From: Mustelus asterias
Lineage: Eukaryota
Direction of reading: 5' to 3'
Assembly (NCBI RefSeq): GCF_964213995.1
Contig: NC_135804.1
Coordinates: forward strand, 68,262,001-68,326,000
DNA length: 64,000 nucleotides
The notes beneath the pieces were generated by a model, which worked only from the letters and a program-made list of their open reading frames with translations, made no database searches and was not told where the DNA came from. The translations under genes were made by a program, and so were the position numbers. Below, one piece after another: positions 62,391 to 64,000 of this stretch. Each line of letters begins with the position of its first letter. Positions within the stretch are counted from its first letter, which is position 1.

Positions 62391-63769
62391 TCATACGGAG
62401 CACAAACAAGTTGATTGTGTTTTGGGGGACAAGCCTAGTCCCAGAGGATCACTGCAGGGATTTCTCAGGGGAGCACCCGAGGCTAAACAATTTTCAGCTT
62501 CGTTATCAATGACCATTTTTCTACTAAAGGGCCAGAAGTGCAGACGTTGCTGACGATTGCACAATGTTCAACTCTGTTCACAACTCCTCAGATACATAAG
62601 CAATCCGTGTCCAAATGCAACAAGACCTGGGCAAATTTCAGGTTAGGATTGATAGATGATAAATTAGTTTTGTGCCACACCAGTGCCAGGTCATGACCAT
62701 TTCCAACAGGAGAGAAGCAAACCATCTCCCCGTGACATTCAATGGCATTATCATCATTGACTTCCCCACTATTCGCATCCTCAGAATGAGGAAACTGAAC
62801 TGGACTCACCCCCGACTCCCTATAGCCTGCCCACCATCTACAAGATACAAGGCAAGAGTATGATGAAATGCCCTCCAATTCCCAGCATGAGCGAAGTTCC
62901 AACAACACTCAATAAGTTGGGCACCTTCCAGCATAAAACAGCCTGCTTGATTGGACACTCCAGCCACCACCTTTTCACACCCTCCCCCACTGATTCAAAG
63001 TGGCAAGTGCCACTGGAAGCTGCTCAGCAGCAATCAACAAAGCTTATATCTTTGCACCTGCAAATCCCATGAAGTCTACTAGCTGGAAAGACGAGATCGG
63101 CAGATCAATGGGAACACCACCAGATGAAAGTTCTCCCCTTTGTCACACATATTCTGAATTGGAAATGTATTGGCCATGCTTTCACTGTCGCTGGGCAAAA
63201 TCCTTGAACTCCCTTCTGAACAGCAGTATGGGTGCACCTACGTCAGACGGACTGCAGTGGTTCAGGAAGGTGACTCACCATCACTTTCTCAAGAGGCAAG
63301 TAGTGATGGACATTAAAGTCAGCTAGCGACTTCCACATCCTGTGAAAGAACAGAAAAAGATTACAACACCTCAATCGCACTTCATTCGTTAAAAACACTT
63401 TGAAACATCAAGTGCAAAGCCTTATGTGAATGCAAAACTTTATTTTCTTGTTACCTATTATAGCTATGATAACTGAATAGATCAAGTTTGCAGTATTTTG
63501 TGATATCTGTTGTTCAGGACCCATATGAGACATATTACCAGTGAGGTACAAATATTATATAATCTTTGAATTACGAGTTTTTAGGAGCTTTTCGATCCCA
63601 AGCCTCATTTAGGATTAGGTTTTCCTTTCTGTTCCAACCCATATCACTTACTAGAGAATTCCAATGCCAGTATTGAAAACCTATCAAAGTCATTTCCTGT
63701 CACGTTAAGTCTGTAGAAAATCGCACTTGGCAATTATTTCAACATCGCCGATTGAACACATTTTTTCAA

Positions 63770-64000
63770 AACCGGAAGTAGGCCCAGGAGAGGCCTGGGG
63801 AAGTTTTTGGAGGGTTTAAAAGCGCACCAAAGTATACAGCGGGCAGCATCGTAGCGGGCAGCAGAGTGAGTGGGAAGTTGAGTGAGCTGTCAGGGCTTTG
63901 GCTCACAGGGCTTGGACGAGCAGGGGTGAGTTTTTGTTTCCTTACATTCTTATTAACTTTTCACTGTCTTATTTGACATAAAGTGTCCAGTATGAGTGTG
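63770..64000 (+). mobile_element. Probable 5' UTR and ORF1 start of a full-length CR1 running off the window
   Basis: CCGGAAGT ETS-like start, GC-rich leader, ATGAGTGTG at 63992; recognised by resemblance only. Confidence 0.4.

Larger units (their letters stand above)
58550..63355 (+). mobile_element. Old near-full-length degraded LINE (CR1/L2 group) with tRNA-SINE-like 5' end, interrupted by two younger CR1s
   Basis: SINE-like head, then APE remnants (~59300), RT remnants (tgggccctgacaa, ttgctgacgattgcaca) and a 3' end homologous to 2870-3610. Confidence 0.65.

Noticed and set aside
1-64000. Prokaryotic systems (CRISPR, retron, defence loci) suggested by the RT ORFs
   Set aside because: The sequence is intron-containing vertebrate DNA; all RTs are CR1/L2/Penelope retrotransposon-derived and no repeat-spacer array is present

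Overview
Vertebrate genomic DNA, very probably from a cartilaginous fish (shark). This is inferred from the CR1 LINE, tRNA-SINE, DeuSINE and Penelope repeat content. Most of the window is repeats. It carries two divergently transcribed, paralogous immunoglobulin-superfamily receptor genes whose exons I reconstructed from splice signals and phases. Each has a leader, a germline-joined VJ-type V domain, a C1-set domain and a TM exon, with no obvious recombination signals. Gene A (minus strand, ATG 15111) has a candidate long Tyr-motif cytoplasmic tail and a GC-AG intron. Gene B (plus strand, ATG 36881) has a consensus NF-kB site upstream and a 1-nt frameshift giving a stop just after the TM segment, so the two resemble a paired inhibitory/activating receptor set. 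The repeats give four further observations. (1) A young CR1 with intact ORF2 has no AUG before the endonuclease motif, and a GGGUUUAAAC -1 slippery site joins ORF1 to ORF2. (2) Its ORF1 esterase lacks the catalytic residues. (3) Its 3' UTR has a ~455-bp structured module flanked by 23-bp direct repeats. (4) A separate CR1 fragment at ~57.3-57.5 kb shows clustered T>C (antisense A>G) hypermutation resembling ADAR hyper-editing fixed in the genome. There is one assembly gap (42974-43354). Nothing was searched against databases; family names come from motif recognition.
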